Shown here one piece after another: positions 38,544 to 48,748 of a stretch of 64,000 nt of DNA (position 1 is the stretch's first letter; every line of letters starts with the position of its first letter). The position numbers were made by a program, and so were the translations under genes. The notes below the pieces were generated by a model. The model saw nothing but the letters and a program-made list of their open reading frames with translations, searched no databases and was not told the DNA's origin. Origin of the DNA: Sulfurimonas sp. (lineage in GTDB: Bacteria > Campylobacterota > Campylobacteria > Campylobacterales > Sulfurimonadaceae); assembly GCF_034005705.1 (NCBI RefSeq), contig NZ_JAVEUF010000005.1, forward strand, positions 58,469-122,468. The letters run 5' to 3'.

Positions 38544-40098
38544 TTACCGCATAGTAATATTTGCTCTTGCCATACTCTTTGGTGTTTTCTTCTCTGCACC
38601 TTCTCTGTTTCAAATGCAAGATGGCAAGAAGGTGACTCTTGGTCTTGATCTCCAAGGCGGACTTCATATGCTTCTTGGTGTCAAGACCGAAGAAGCCGTC
38701 AAATCACGTATTAAGTCGATCGCTGCAAGTGTAAAACATTTCAGCGAGAGAAAAGATATATTGATAGACACGCTTCAGTTCGATGAAGAGGGCATTACAC
38801 TTACGCTCTTAGATAAAGATGATGTCAAGACAATCCAATCTTTTTTTCACGAGATAAAAGGGGCTATAGTCGTTGTAGTCGATGAGAGAATATCTCTTAG
38901 CCTTAGCGATGAGGAGATTCTAAGAACCGAGCAGCAGGCGATCTCTCAGGCAATCGAGACGATCAGAAACAGGCTTGATCAGTTTGGTCTGACCGAGCCG
39001 GTGGTAGCTCGTCAAGGCGAGGAGAAGATCCTTGTCCAACTCGCAGGCATTAAGACCATAGAGGAGGAGCAGCGTGCCCGTGAGTTGATATCGCGTGCAG
39101 CAAAACTCGAACTTATGGCAGTCGATGAAGACAGAACGGCAAGAGTTTACAGCATGAGCGAGAGCGAGGCAGCCTCTTACGGTGACGTGATCCTTGAAGA
39201 TGTAGCAAATCCGAGCGTAAAACATCTTGTAAGAGAGATACCTATACTAGACGGATCAATGCTTACAGATGCAAATGTAGGATTTGATGAGAACAACCGC
39301 CCGCTTATCAGCTTTTCGCTAAATGCCGAAGGAGCCGAGATATTTGGTGACTTTACGGGCAGAAGTGTAGGAAAGCGTTTAGCAGTTGTTCTTGATGGCA
39401 AAGTTTACTCAGCTCCCGTTATAAACGAGCGTATCGGCGGCGGAAGCGGGCAGATATCAGGAAACTATACGGTTATGGAAGCAAAAGACCTCGCAATTGC
39501 GCTTCGCTCAGGCTCTCTTTTGGCTCCTATCTACCTTATGGAGAAGCGTTCGGTCGGTCCTAGTCTGGGAGCTGACAGCATCAAGGCAAGCCTTATTGCG
39601 CTTGTTGGCGGTTTTGTGCTTGTAATCGTATTTATGGTTGTCTATTACAGAATGGCGGGAGTGATCGCAAATATCGCTTTGATCGCAAACCTCTTCATCA
39701 TCTTGGCGGTTATGAGTCTCTTCGGGGCTACGCTTACGCTTCCGGGGATGGCAGGAATCGTTCTTACCGTCGGTATGGCAGTTGATGCGAACGTTATTAT
39801 CTCAGAGCGTATACGAGAGCTTATACATGAAGGAAAGTCGATTCACAAAGCTATAGAAGAGGGTTATGCGAATGCAATGAGCGCTATTTTGGATGCGAAC
39901 ATAACAACACTTATAGCTGCTGTCGTCCTTTACGCTTACGGAACGGGTGCTATCAAAGGTTTTGCAATTACTATTAGTATAGGAATACTCGCTTCAATGC
40001 TTACTGCAATTCTTGGAACACATGGGATCTACGAGATGCTTGAGAAGAGAATACAAAAAAGCAAAAACAACCTTTTTTGGTTCGGGATTAAGGGGTAA
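38533..40098 (+). CDS. secD: Protein translocase subunit SecD
   Basis: LGLDLQGG, IRNRLDQFG, VGPSLG, GMAVDANV; start reassigned to ATG 38533. Confidence 0.97.
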   Translation: MKLNYRIVIFALAILFGVFFSAPSLFQMQDGKKVTLGLDLQGGLHMLLGVKTEEAVKSRIKSIAASVKHFSERKDILIDTLQFDEEGITLTLLDKDDVKTIQSFFHEIKGAIVVVVDERISLSLSDEEILRTEQQAISQAIETIRNRLDQFGLTEPVVARQGEEKILVQLAGIKTIEEEQRARELISRAAKLELMAVDEDRTARVYSMSESEAASYGDVILEDVANPSVKHLVREIPILDGSMLTDANVGFDENNRPLISFSLNAEGAEIFGDFTGRSVGKRLAVVLDGKVYSAPVINERIGGGSGQISGNYTVMEAKDLAIALRSGSLLAPIYLMEKRSVGPSLGADSIKASLIALVGGFVLVIVFMVVYYRMAGVIANIALIANLFIILAVMSLFGATLTLPGMAGIVLTVGMAVDANVIISERIRELIHEGKSIHKAIEEGYANAMSAILDANITTLIAAVVLYAYGTGAIKGFAITISIGILASMLTAILGTHGIYEMLEKRIQKSKNNLFWFGIKG

Positions 40099-40100
40099 TT

Positions 40101-41072
40101 ATGGAATTTTTTAAACTAACAAAAACCTTTAATTTTATGGGCAAGTCAAAGTTAGCTATGGTCTTATCAATAGTTTTAGTGCTCTCTTCGTTTCTTATAT
40201 TGGCTATTAAAGGTCTTAACTACGGTGTCGATTTTGCAGGCGGAACGATCGTTCAGGTCAAGTATGACACTGCCGCACCGATAGATGAGATGAGAGAGAA
40301 GCTAAAGGGCAACGCTATTTTTGAGGGTGCTTCAATAACGGAGTTCGGCTCAGAAGATGAGGTCGTTATCCGTATGAGAACAACGACCGGAGACGTAGTG
40401 GTCGATGTCGGAGATCTCACTCGTGAGACTCTTGTGGGTACAGGAGATTTTGAGATACGCCGTGTCGATATTGTCGGTCCAAAGGTTGGAAGCGAGCTGA
40501 AAGAGAAAGGGATTATGTCTCTCATCTTAGCAGTAATCGGCATCTTGATATATGTAGCATTCAGATTTGAGTGGAGATTTGCAGTAGCCTCTATAATGGC
40601 GCTTGTTCATGACGTCTCGATCGCTCTTGGAGCTATCGCTCTTGTAGGGCTGGAGGTAAACCTTGATGTTCTCGCAGCGCTTTTGACCATCCTTGGTTAC
40701 TCGCTCAACGATACAATTATCGTATTTGACAGGATCCGTGAGGGTGTCGTAAAAGGCAAAGATGTTGAGCTTTCAGAGATAATTGATGACTCCGTCACAA
40801 AAACTTTGGCTAGAACGACGCTTACGTCACTCACAACTTTCTTTGTTGTGTTTACGCTCTTTATGTTCGGCGGCGAGATCATTCACGCCTTTGCATTTAC
40901 TCTTTTGGTGGGAATCGTGGTCGGAACATACTCATCTATCTTTGTTGCGTCTCCGACACTGCTTCTTTTTGGTTTTGATGTAAAAAATTACTACGTCAAA
41001 CTTGCAGAAAAAGCAAAAAGAGAAGCTGAAAAAGAGAGAATGAGATCTCAATTTGAATCAGGGGTAATGTAG
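40101..41072 (+). CDS. secF: Protein translocase subunit SecF
   Basis: GVDFAGG, GYSLNDTIIVFDRIRE, GTYSSIF. Confidence 0.97.
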   Translation: MEFFKLTKTFNFMGKSKLAMVLSIVLVLSSFLILAIKGLNYGVDFAGGTIVQVKYDTAAPIDEMREKLKGNAIFEGASITEFGSEDEVVIRMRTTTGDVVVDVGDLTRETLVGTGDFEIRRVDIVGPKVGSELKEKGIMSLILAVIGILIYVAFRFEWRFAVASIMALVHDVSIALGAIALVGLEVNLDVLAALLTILGYSLNDTIIVFDRIREGVVKGKDVELSEIIDDSVTKTLARTTLTSLTTFFVVFTLFMFGGEIIHAFAFTLLVGIVVGTYSSIFVASPTLLLFGFDVKNYYVKLAEKAKREAEKERMRSQFESGVM

Positions 41073-41134
41073 AACGCATTACCCATTGGTTACCTAATAA
41101 AGTTACAATTGTCTATCACAACAAGGAGTTAGTC

Positions 41135-41320
41135 ATGAGTAATGTTTCATTTTTAGTCTTTTTTCTGTTTGTAGCTTTTTGGATATACTCCATAGTCTCT
41201 GTATATAAAGCTGAGTTTAAAGAGGAGAAGCAAAAAACATTTTGGCTTATAGGCATTGTTTTTGTTCCCCCTTTGGCAATTTTTTACTTTTTTATGAAAA
41301 AAAATCTGATTCTTAAATAG
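41135..41320 (+). CDS. Small two-TM membrane protein (PLDc N-terminal-like)
   Basis: AAGGAG RBS; W..S...K..W....VPP..I.Y pattern. Confidence 0.6.
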   Translation: MSNVSFLVFFLFVAFWIYSIVSVYKAEFKEEKQKTFWLIGIVFVPPLAIFYFFMKKNLILK

Positions 41321-41402
41321 CTTAAGCAATATGATATAAGTCGCTACTTAAGATACTTTTTGTATAATCACTCCAATTTAATTTTAAAGCTAAGGTGTCA
41401 AC

Positions 41403-41741
41403 ATGGATTGGGGCAAGGTAATATACGTATTTTTTTCATTGATGAGTTTAACATCAATCGCGGGTTTTTTATATGAGCATAGTGCTGTCGCGCTTTTTGT
41501 GGCGGGCAGCTTGAATCTGGTCTCTACATTTTTGAAAATCGGTGTTAGAAACCTCCTCTCTGCCGAACTATTGGCATCATCACTGGTTGCGGATCTGCAT
41601 CTTATTCCTGCATTTATCTATCTAGAAGTAGTCGGAAACCTTGAGTGGGCGATAGCTCTGGCAATCGGAGCTCTGATTGCGAACCTCTTTTCCGTAGGAC
41701 TTGTCTATATAGAGAGTTCTAAAAACCGTGAAGAGTATTAG
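41403..41741 (+). CDS. Conserved small membrane protein of unknown function
   Basis: Four hydrophobic segments, LVADLHLIPAF; upstream TATAAT and RBS; coupled to leuS. Confidence 0.7.
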   Translation: MDWGKVIYVFFSLMSLTSIAGFLYEHSAVALFVAGSLNLVSTFLKIGVRNLLSAELLASSLVADLHLIPAFIYLEVVGNLEWAIALAIGALIANLFSVGLVYIESSKNREEY

Positions 41742-41750
41742 GAGATTTTT

Positions 41751-44201
41751 TTGCAATACAGTTCAAAAGAGTTAGAAAAGAGTTGGCAAGAGTATTGGTC
41801 ACAAAATAGAAGTTTTGAGCCGAGTGAAGATTTTGGCAAAGAGAAAAAATATATACTAAGCATGTTCCCTTTCCCAAGCGGGCGACTTCATATGGGGCAT
41901 GTCAGAAACTACACTCTAAGCGATGCTTTTGCAAGATATTACCGTCAGCAGGGTTTTAACGTTCTTCATCCGATAGGTTTTGACAGTTTCGGTATGCCTG
42001 CGGAAAACGCGGCTATAAAGAACGGTTCTCATCCAAAAAAATGGACATACGACAATATTGACTATATGAAGGGCGAGTTCAAGTCGCTCGGATTCTCATT
42101 TTCAAAAGAGCGCGAACTTGCTACGAGCGATGAGCTCTACACAAAGTTTGAGCAGGGCTTTATCATCGATATGTATGAGAAAGATCTTCTCTACCGCAAA
42201 AAGGGATTTTTAAACTGGTGTGAGAGCTGTCATACGGTTTTGGCAAACGAGCAGGTGATCGAGGGTTGCTGCTGGAGATGTGACAACCAGGTAGTCAAAA
42301 AAGATATGAATCAGTACTACTTCAAGATCACCAAGTATGCAGATGAACTTTTAGATGATCTGCATAAACTTGAAGGTGGCTGGCCTAAGCAGGTTTTGAC
42401 CATGCAGGAGAACTGGATAGGCAGATCAAACGGGCTTGAGTTTAAGCTTCGTTTTGACGATGAATCACTTTCAAAACTTGGAAAAAACTTTGAGGGCTTC
42501 GATGTATTTACAACGCGCCCCGATACTATCTACGGTGTTAGCTATACCGCTTTGGCACCTGAGCATGAGATAGTGACATATATGATCGAAAACTTGCTTA
42601 TTGATGATGAGAGCATCACTCGTATAAAAGAGATGAAGAATGCTTCATCGATCGATAGACAAAAAGAGAAGAGCGGTATCGCTTTAAACCTGAGTGTCAC
42701 TCATCCGCTTACAGGCAAAAAAGTGCCTGTATGGGTTGCGAACTTTGTTCTGATGGATTACGGAAGCGGTGCTGTAATGGCTGTTCCGGCTCATGATGAG
42801 AGGGATTTTGACTTTGCAAAAAAGTATGACCTGCCTATCAATGCGGTAATAAAGCCTTTTGATGGCGAGTTGGAGTCTGATAAAGCGTATACGGAAGCGG
42901 GAGAGCTCTTTAACTCGGAGATCTTTAACGGCATGAACTCCAAAGATGCTCAGTCAAAGATCATAGATTACTTTGAAGAGAAAAAGATAGGTAAAAAAAC
43001 AACGAATTACAAACTCAAAGATTGGGGAGTTTCGCGCCAGAGATATTGGGGCGCGCCTATCCCTTTTGTCCACTGCGAGAGCTGCGGTATCGTTATGGAG
43101 AAAAAAGAGAATCTCCCGATCGCGCTTCCTGAGGACATTGAGATCACGGGAGAGGGAAACCCTCTTGAGAAACATCCGACTTGGAAGCAGTGCAAGTGTC
43201 CAAAATGCGGCAATGATGCTGTGCGCGAGACCGATACTATGGATACTTTTGTGGAGTCGTCGTGGTACTTCTTGCGTTTTTGCGCATCGCCTAAGAACTG
43301 GCAGGATGAGGCTTTTTCAAAAGAGCAGATCAAGTACTGGATGGGCGTTGACCACTACATCGGCGGGATAGAGCATGCGATACTGCACCTTCTTTATGCA
43401 AGGTTCTTTACAAAAGTTTTCCGCGATCTGGGCTATTTGGAGTTTGACGAGCCTTTTGATAGACTTCTGACACAAGGTATGGTTTTAAAAGACGGCGCTA
43501 AAATGAGCAAATCCAAAGGCAACACGGTTGACCCTGACGCTATCATAGAGAAGTACGGTGCAGATACGGCAAGACTTTTCATACTCTTCGCAGCGCCTCC
43601 TACGCAGGAGCTTGAGTGGAACGACAGCGCCGTTGAGGGTGCATACAAGTTTATAAAAAGATTTTATGACAGAAGCGCGAATGTGCGCAAGATGGATACT
43701 CTTGTAAATATTGAGCACAACTCTCTTTCTAAAGATGAGAAGTTTGCCAGAAAGAAAGTCTACGAAGCGCTTGTTCGTGCCGAGGATGTCTACACCCAAA
43801 GATATACTTTCAACACAATGATCGCAGGTGTTATGGAGGCTATGAACGCTCTTAATCTCCAGAGTAACGAGGATGTCTGGAGCGAAGGCTACTGGATACT
43901 GAGTTCGATTATGGAGCCTGTCATACCTCACGTCTGCTGGGAGATATCTAAGAGATGTTTCTCTCTTAAAAATATGACTCCGCAAAAAGTGATAGAAGAG
44001 GTTTTTGTAGAGGACTCTATTACTCTTGGTGTCTCGATCAACGGAAAAAGAAGATGCGAGATCGAGGTATCCCTTGATGCACCGCAGGATGAGATACTTG
44101 AGATAGCAAAAAAAGAGGCTCATAAATGGCTTGAGGGCAAGACTCTCATAAAAGAGATATTGGTTCCAAAGAAGTTAGTAAACCTAGTTGTCAAGGATTG
44201 A
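41751..44201 (+). CDS. leuS: Leucine--tRNA ligase
   Basis: PSGRLHMGH (HIGH), KMSKS, TTRPDT editing domain. Confidence 0.99.
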   Translation: MQYSSKELEKSWQEYWSQNRSFEPSEDFGKEKKYILSMFPFPSGRLHMGHVRNYTLSDAFARYYRQQGFNVLHPIGFDSFGMPAENAAIKNGSHPKKWTYDNIDYMKGEFKSLGFSFSKERELATSDELYTKFEQGFIIDMYEKDLLYRKKGFLNWCESCHTVLANEQVIEGCCWRCDNQVVKKDMNQYYFKITKYADELLDDLHKLEGGWPKQVLTMQENWIGRSNGLEFKLRFDDESLSKLGKNFEGFDVFTTRPDTIYGVSYTALAPEHEIVTYMIENLLIDDESITRIKEMKNASSIDRQKEKSGIALNLSVTHPLTGKKVPVWVANFVLMDYGSGAVMAVPAHDERDFDFAKKYDLPINAVIKPFDGELESDKAYTEAGELFNSEIFNGMNSKDAQSKIIDYFEEKKIGKKTTNYKLKDWGVSRQRYWGAPIPFVHCESCGIVMEKKENLPIALPEDIEITGEGNPLEKHPTWKQCKCPKCGNDAVRETDTMDTFVESSWYFLRFCASPKNWQDEAFSKEQIKYWMGVDHYIGGIEHAILHLLYARFFTKVFRDLGYLEFDEPFDRLLTQGMVLKDGAKMSKSKGNTVDPDAIIEKYGADTARLFILFAAPPTQELEWNDSAVEGAYKFIKRFYDRSANVRKMDTLVNIEHNSLSKDEKFARKKVYEALVRAEDVYTQRYTFNTMIAGVMEAMNALNLQSNEDVWSEGYWILSSIMEPVIPHVCWEISKRCFSLKNMTPQKVIEEVFVEDSITLGVSINGKRRCEIEVSLDAPQDEILEIAKKEAHKWLEGKTLIKEILVPKKLVNLVVKD

Positions 44202-44728
44202 TATTGAACTTTTTTTCAAACATTAAAACGTTATTGCTTCTCTCTCTGCTCTTAGTCGCAGTAAGCGGATGCGGGTACAAATCAAGCGCAAAGTTTTCGC
44301 GTGAGGTAATGGGAGATAAGATAAGTACAAGTGTCATTATCTCGGCTATAGACCCGCAAAATACAGTTATCATCAAAGATGCGGTCGATAAAGCCATTAT
44401 AGAGGTGTTTCAGGCATCTTTGGTAAGCAGAGATGAGTCTAAGACACACTTGGTGCTAAAGATGGGAACACCGTCCTACTCACCGATAGTCTATGATGAG
44501 AACGGCTATATTACAGGTTATAGGATGAGTGTTGCGCTAAATATTATAAAGCATACAAACGGCGAATCAAAAAGCTATAATACAAGAGGGTTTCATGATT
44601 TCTCGGTAGCGCCTAATGCTATCGTCACGGATCAAGACAGATTTGAAGCTATCGGCTTTGCGGCACAAAGAGCTATCAAGTCGTTCGTTGCGCAGGTCTC
44701 CGCCGAGGGAGCTAGAGCAAAAAAGTAA
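44198..44728 (+). CDS. lptE: LPS assembly lipoprotein LptE-like
   Basis: Lipobox VSGC followed by GY; position directly after leuS. Confidence 0.75.
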   Translation: MILNFFSNIKTLLLLSLLLVAVSGCGYKSSAKFSREVMGDKISTSVIISAIDPQNTVIIKDAVDKAIIEVFQASLVSRDESKTHLVLKMGTPSYSPIVYDENGYITGYRMSVALNIIKHTNGESKSYNTRGFHDFSVAPNAIVTDQDRFEAIGFAAQRAIKSFVAQVSAEGARAKK

Positions 44729-44737
44729 GGGGTGGTT

Positions 44738-46282
44738 ATGAATATTCAGGCGATTATAAAAAAAGCTGTAAAAAGATTAGAGTTAGAGGGTAAGCTTCTA
44801 ACGCCTGATTTCTATGCCGAAGCTTTTTGCAAAGAGGCCGCAAAAGCCGGATTTGCGACAGAGGACTGCTCAAAACTTGAAAAATTTACCGCATCTTTGA
44901 ACAAAGAGTTTCAAGATGAGTTGAAAAAATATCATATTAAAAATATCTCGGAGCTCTCCCGTTTTCTGATCTCAAAACTAAACAGAACAAATCCGTCCCA
45001 CTGTGCCAATCTGCTTGATGCTCAGAGTGTTTTTACGAGAAGGGTTCTCCAGGTCATAGAGGTCCTTCATAACAAAGAGGCGACGGAACTTGCAAAAAGG
45101 AGTCTGGATCTTCTAAACAGGGAGCCTTCGGTCACGGAGATAGACCAGTTTAGACAGCTTTGGATAAACTTTATAACGACATACGATGATACATTTTTGC
45201 AGAAGTTAAAAGCGCTCGGCGAGGTCGATAAAACAAATCTTAAAAAAACCATAGAAGATCTAAACCTGACAAATCTATGTGACAAACCTTTGGGCATAAT
45301 AGAGCTCTCAACCATTGCTTCGCTGCTTGTATCATCATTGACCCCGTCAATCGCACCAAGCATTAACGACAAGATAGCTGATATCAGCCAGAAGATAAAG
45401 AGCAACCCTGAGCTTCTGCAGAGTGCCTCCGTAGAGGCTGAGATAAAATCTGCCATAGCTCTAAGAATAGCGCTTGACAAGCAGAGCGTCAAAGAGATGA
45501 TAGAATCAATTGACGGTGTGCTAGACAAACTCTCGCTAAGACTTATAGAGATGATAGAGAGCTCAGACAGCTCAACTGCAGAGATACAGAAGATCAAAAA
45601 AGAGCTTGAGAGCTATAATGAAAAGACGATCACGAACTTTAGCGTAGCCCATAAAAAAATATACGCTATTGCTATAGCTCTGGAGAAAAATACACAAGCA
45701 CTCACAAGCGATCTGAAAAAACACAACAATGAAGTTAATCTGCTCAGCAAGAAGATAGAACATCTGGAACAGGAGCTTCAGCGTGCAAGAGATGAATCAA
45801 AAGAGGATTTTTTAACAAAGCTATATAATAAGCGCGCACTTGAAGAGCTTATGAACATAAAAGAGGCAGAGTTCGAGAGATACGGACATAACTTTACAGT
45901 CGTCTTTTTGGACCTTGACCATTTTAAAGCTATTAACGATACATACGGGCATGATGCAGGCGATGCGGTACTGTTCGCTTTTGCAAAAATACTTAAAAAC
46001 GAAGCAAGAGCGGTTGATATAGTAGGAAGATTCGGCGGCGAAGAGTTTATTGCGATCCTCGGTGAGACCGATGCCAAAGGCGGTGTGGTGTTTGCCGAGA
46101 AGGTAAGAAAGAAACTCAAAAAAAGCTCTCTGATGTATAAGGATAATCAGATAAAACTAACAGTAAGCTGCGGCGTAAGTGACAGAAAATCGAACTTTTC
46201 GCTTCAAAGCCTGCTAAAGAGTGCAGACGAGAACCTTTATAAAGCCAAACATGATGGCAGAGACAGGGTTGTTCATAAGTGA
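44738..46282 (+). CDS. Cytoplasmic diguanylate cyclase (coiled coil + GGDEF)
   Basis: DFLTKLYN, DLDHFKAINDTYGH, RxxD I-site, RFGGEEF. Confidence 0.92.
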   Translation: MNIQAIIKKAVKRLELEGKLLTPDFYAEAFCKEAAKAGFATEDCSKLEKFTASLNKEFQDELKKYHIKNISELSRFLISKLNRTNPSHCANLLDAQSVFTRRVLQVIEVLHNKEATELAKRSLDLLNREPSVTEIDQFRQLWINFITTYDDTFLQKLKALGEVDKTNLKKTIEDLNLTNLCDKPLGIIELSTIASLLVSSLTPSIAPSINDKIADISQKIKSNPELLQSASVEAEIKSAIALRIALDKQSVKEMIESIDGVLDKLSLRLIEMIESSDSSTAEIQKIKKELESYNEKTITNFSVAHKKIYAIAIALEKNTQALTSDLKKHNNEVNLLSKKIEHLEQELQRARDESKEDFLTKLYNKRALEELMNIKEAEFERYGHNFTVVFLDLDHFKAINDTYGHDAGDAVLFAFAKILKNEARAVDIVGRFGGEEFIAILGETDAKGGVVFAEKVRKKLKKSSLMYKDNQIKLTVSCGVSDRKSNFSLQSLLKSADENLYKAKHDGRDRVVHK

Positions 46283-47427
46283 GACTCAAAGAGTATCTGG
46301 ATATTAAACCGCTCTACTACGAGAAGATCGACTATGAGCGTATGCCCAGAGTATATGATAAGAGAAAAGCCGCTCTGCCTGCTCCAAAGATAATCCACAT
46401 TATCGGAACAAACGGCAAAGGCACAACGGGAAGGTTTTTGGCAGATGCGCTTTTTTCCATGGGATACGGCACCGGGCACTACACATCTCCTCATATACTT
46501 GAGTTTAACGAACGCATATATAAAAACGGCAAAAACGCCAGTGATAGTGAACTGCAAGAGGCGCATCAGGAGCTTCAAAATATATTGGCAAAAGATGATG
46601 CAGACTCACTTAGTTACTTTGAATATACGACGCTTCTTGCCATGCTTGTTTTTCGTGGATGCGACTATGTAGTTATGGAAGCTGGGCTTGGCGGGGAGCA
46701 TGATGCAACTGCCGTATTTGCAAAAACGCTCACCCTTGTAACTCCTATTGCTTATGACCATGAGGCTTTTTTGGGCTCTAATATTAAAGAGATCGCAACT
46801 ACTAAACTAAATGCAGTGCAAAAAAGTGCTATTTTAGGTATTCAGAAGTATGAAGAGGTTTATACTACGGCAAAGAGATTAGCTGCAGAAAGATCACTCG
46901 ATATATACAGGTTGGACGATATATTGGATGAGGGCGATAGAGAGATCAGGGATGAAGTCGCAAAAAGATACTCACTTGCTCCTTATCTCATTCAGAACCT
47001 CTCTTTAAGCATTGCCGCTTTAAAGTTTTTGGGACTTGACTATAGTGCAGAGAACTTCTCCTGCGAACAGCTTTTTGGACGACTTACAAAAATATCAAAA
47101 AATATCACTATAGATGTGGGGCACAATGTTCTTGCTGCTCAAAGCATAGCGGATGCGCTTGCTGGGGAGAAGGTGGTACTTGTATATAACAGCTATAGGG
47201 ATAAAAACTATCAAGAGATATTAAAAGTGTTAAAACCTATAATCTTGCATGTTGAGATAATAGCCATAAATGACCAAAGAGCGGCAGCCATAGAGGATAT
47301 TAAAACTGTTTTAACCAATATAGGGGTAAAATACAAAGAATTTAAAGCGATAAAACCGGAGTCTGACTATCTGGTTTTTGGTTCTTTTAGCGTTGTCGAG
47401 ACATTTTTAAGAGAGTATTATGAATAA
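46279..47427 (+). CDS. folC: Folylpolyglutamate synthase/dihydrofolate synthase
   Basis: GTNGKGTT, YTSPH....NERI, EAGLGG..DAT, DVGHN. Confidence 0.95.
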   Translation: MRLKEYLDIKPLYYEKIDYERMPRVYDKRKAALPAPKIIHIIGTNGKGTTGRFLADALFSMGYGTGHYTSPHILEFNERIYKNGKNASDSELQEAHQELQNILAKDDADSLSYFEYTTLLAMLVFRGCDYVVMEAGLGGEHDATAVFAKTLTLVTPIAYDHEAFLGSNIKEIATTKLNAVQKSAILGIQKYEEVYTTAKRLAAERSLDIYRLDDILDEGDREIRDEVAKRYSLAPYLIQNLSLSIAALKFLGLDYSAENFSCEQLFGRLTKISKNITIDVGHNVLAAQSIADALAGEKVVLVYNSYRDKNYQEILKVLKPIILHVEIIAINDQRAAAIEDIKTVLTNIGVKYKEFKAIKPESDYLVFGSFSVVETFLREYYE

Positions 47428-48376
47428 TCACTTTACGATTACGATAAATGACGATAATGGCGTAAAGCAGTTCAATCTTCATAAGATCATAAAAAAAGCT
47501 ATCTTTTACGCAGTTCTCTTTATCGCAACCATTGCACTAAGCGCAATAGGGACTATCTTATATCTAAATCATGCGGTAGATGAGATTGAGACAAAGCATA
47601 AGAGCGTAGAAAAAGCCTATTTGGCACAAAAAGAGAAGAACAGGCTCTTGGATGAGAGTATGAAAGAGACTCAGATGGCTCTAGTTGACAAAAAAAGAGA
47701 GCTTATGGAGGTATCAGACACGCTCTCGGAGATAGAGACACTGATAGGACTTGCTCCCGTGGCAGAGATGTCGCTTCAAGAGAGAGTGAGCGTTACAAAA
47801 CTAAACTCTGAGCATATGGCTACTCTTATGCAGTTCATTCCAAGCGGCTCTCCTATAAGGTACAACGGAGTTACAAGCAATTTCGGCTACAGAATACACC
47901 CTACGCTTAACTCAAAAGAGCTTCACCGCGGACTGGATATGAAAGCTGCAATGAATACCCCTGTTTATGCGACTGCCGACGGTATCGTAGAGTGGTCCGG
48001 ATTCCATGAGAAGAGCGGATTTGGCAATCTTGTGATCCTGCAACACAACTACGGTTTTAGGTCCTACTTCGCTCATTTAAACAAAGTTGTGATAAAATCG
48101 GGCAGTTTTGTTAAAAAGGGCGATCTTATTGCCTACACAGGCAACTCAGGAATGAGCAGCGGCCCGCATCTCCATTATGAGATCAGATTTATTCAAAGGG
48201 CGGTAAACCCCATAGAATTTGTAAGATGGAGCGTAAAAAACTATAATGAAATATTCGAAAAGGAGAAACAGATACCATGGCAATCTTTAATAACAGCGAC
48301 AGCGCACATAAAAGTACCAAACCCGACACAAACACTACCATCATCACAGCTGGCTCTACAATCAAAGGAGAGATGA
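47420..48376 (+). CDS. M23 family peptidoglycan endopeptidase (Csd1-like)
   Basis: TM + coiled coil; HRGLD and GPHLHYE zinc motifs. Confidence 0.92.
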   Translation: MNNHFTITINDDNGVKQFNLHKIIKKAIFYAVLFIATIALSAIGTILYLNHAVDEIETKHKSVEKAYLAQKEKNRLLDESMKETQMALVDKKRELMEVSDTLSEIETLIGLAPVAEMSLQERVSVTKLNSEHMATLMQFIPSGSPIRYNGVTSNFGYRIHPTLNSKELHRGLDMKAAMNTPVYATADGIVEWSGFHEKSGFGNLVILQHNYGFRSYFAHLNKVVIKSGSFVKKGDLIAYTGNSGMSSGPHLHYEIRFIQRAVNPIEFVRWSVKNYNEIFEKEKQIPWQSLITATAHIKVPNPTQTLPSSQLALQSKER

Positions 48377-48732
48377 CGTTAGCGTGCAATCTCTATGTGG
48401 ACGGAGAGTTTGAGGGGACGATAAACTCTAGCAAAGAGGTAAACATCGGTAAAAGCGGACATATCAAAGGGGATATATCTACGACAAGACTTGTAGTCCA
48501 AGGCTATGTAGAAGGCAGTATTAGTGCCGCAAGAGTAGAGATAAAAGCTCACGGAAGAGTAAGCGGCTCCATAGAGTCAGGCGAGCTTGTCATAGAAGCA
48601 AAGGGTATTTTTGAAGGAAACAGCATCGTAAAAGATGTCACTGCCGCTCCAAAAAAAGCGTCGCAAAACGAGAACATCCCTGCTGATACGCTAAAGAGCC
48701 TTATTAATGATGATGAGGTAAAAGTATCATAA
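48277..48732 (+). CDS. Bactofilin (CcmA-like polymer-forming cytoskeletal protein)
   Basis: TIITAGSTIKGE...VDGEFEG.I...IGKSG.IKG beta-helix repeats; AAGGAG RBS. Confidence 0.92.
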   Translation: MAIFNNSDSAHKSTKPDTNTTIITAGSTIKGEMTLACNLYVDGEFEGTINSSKEVNIGKSGHIKGDISTTRLVVQGYVEGSISAARVEIKAHGRVSGSIESGELVIEAKGIFEGNSIVKDVTAAPKKASQNENIPADTLKSLINDDEVKVS

Positions 48733-48748
48733 TCCTCAACTTAATATA

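Noticed and set aside
41062-41084. GGGTAATG/CATTACCC inverted repeat over the secF stop
   Set aside because: No U-tract; too weak to call an intrinsic terminator
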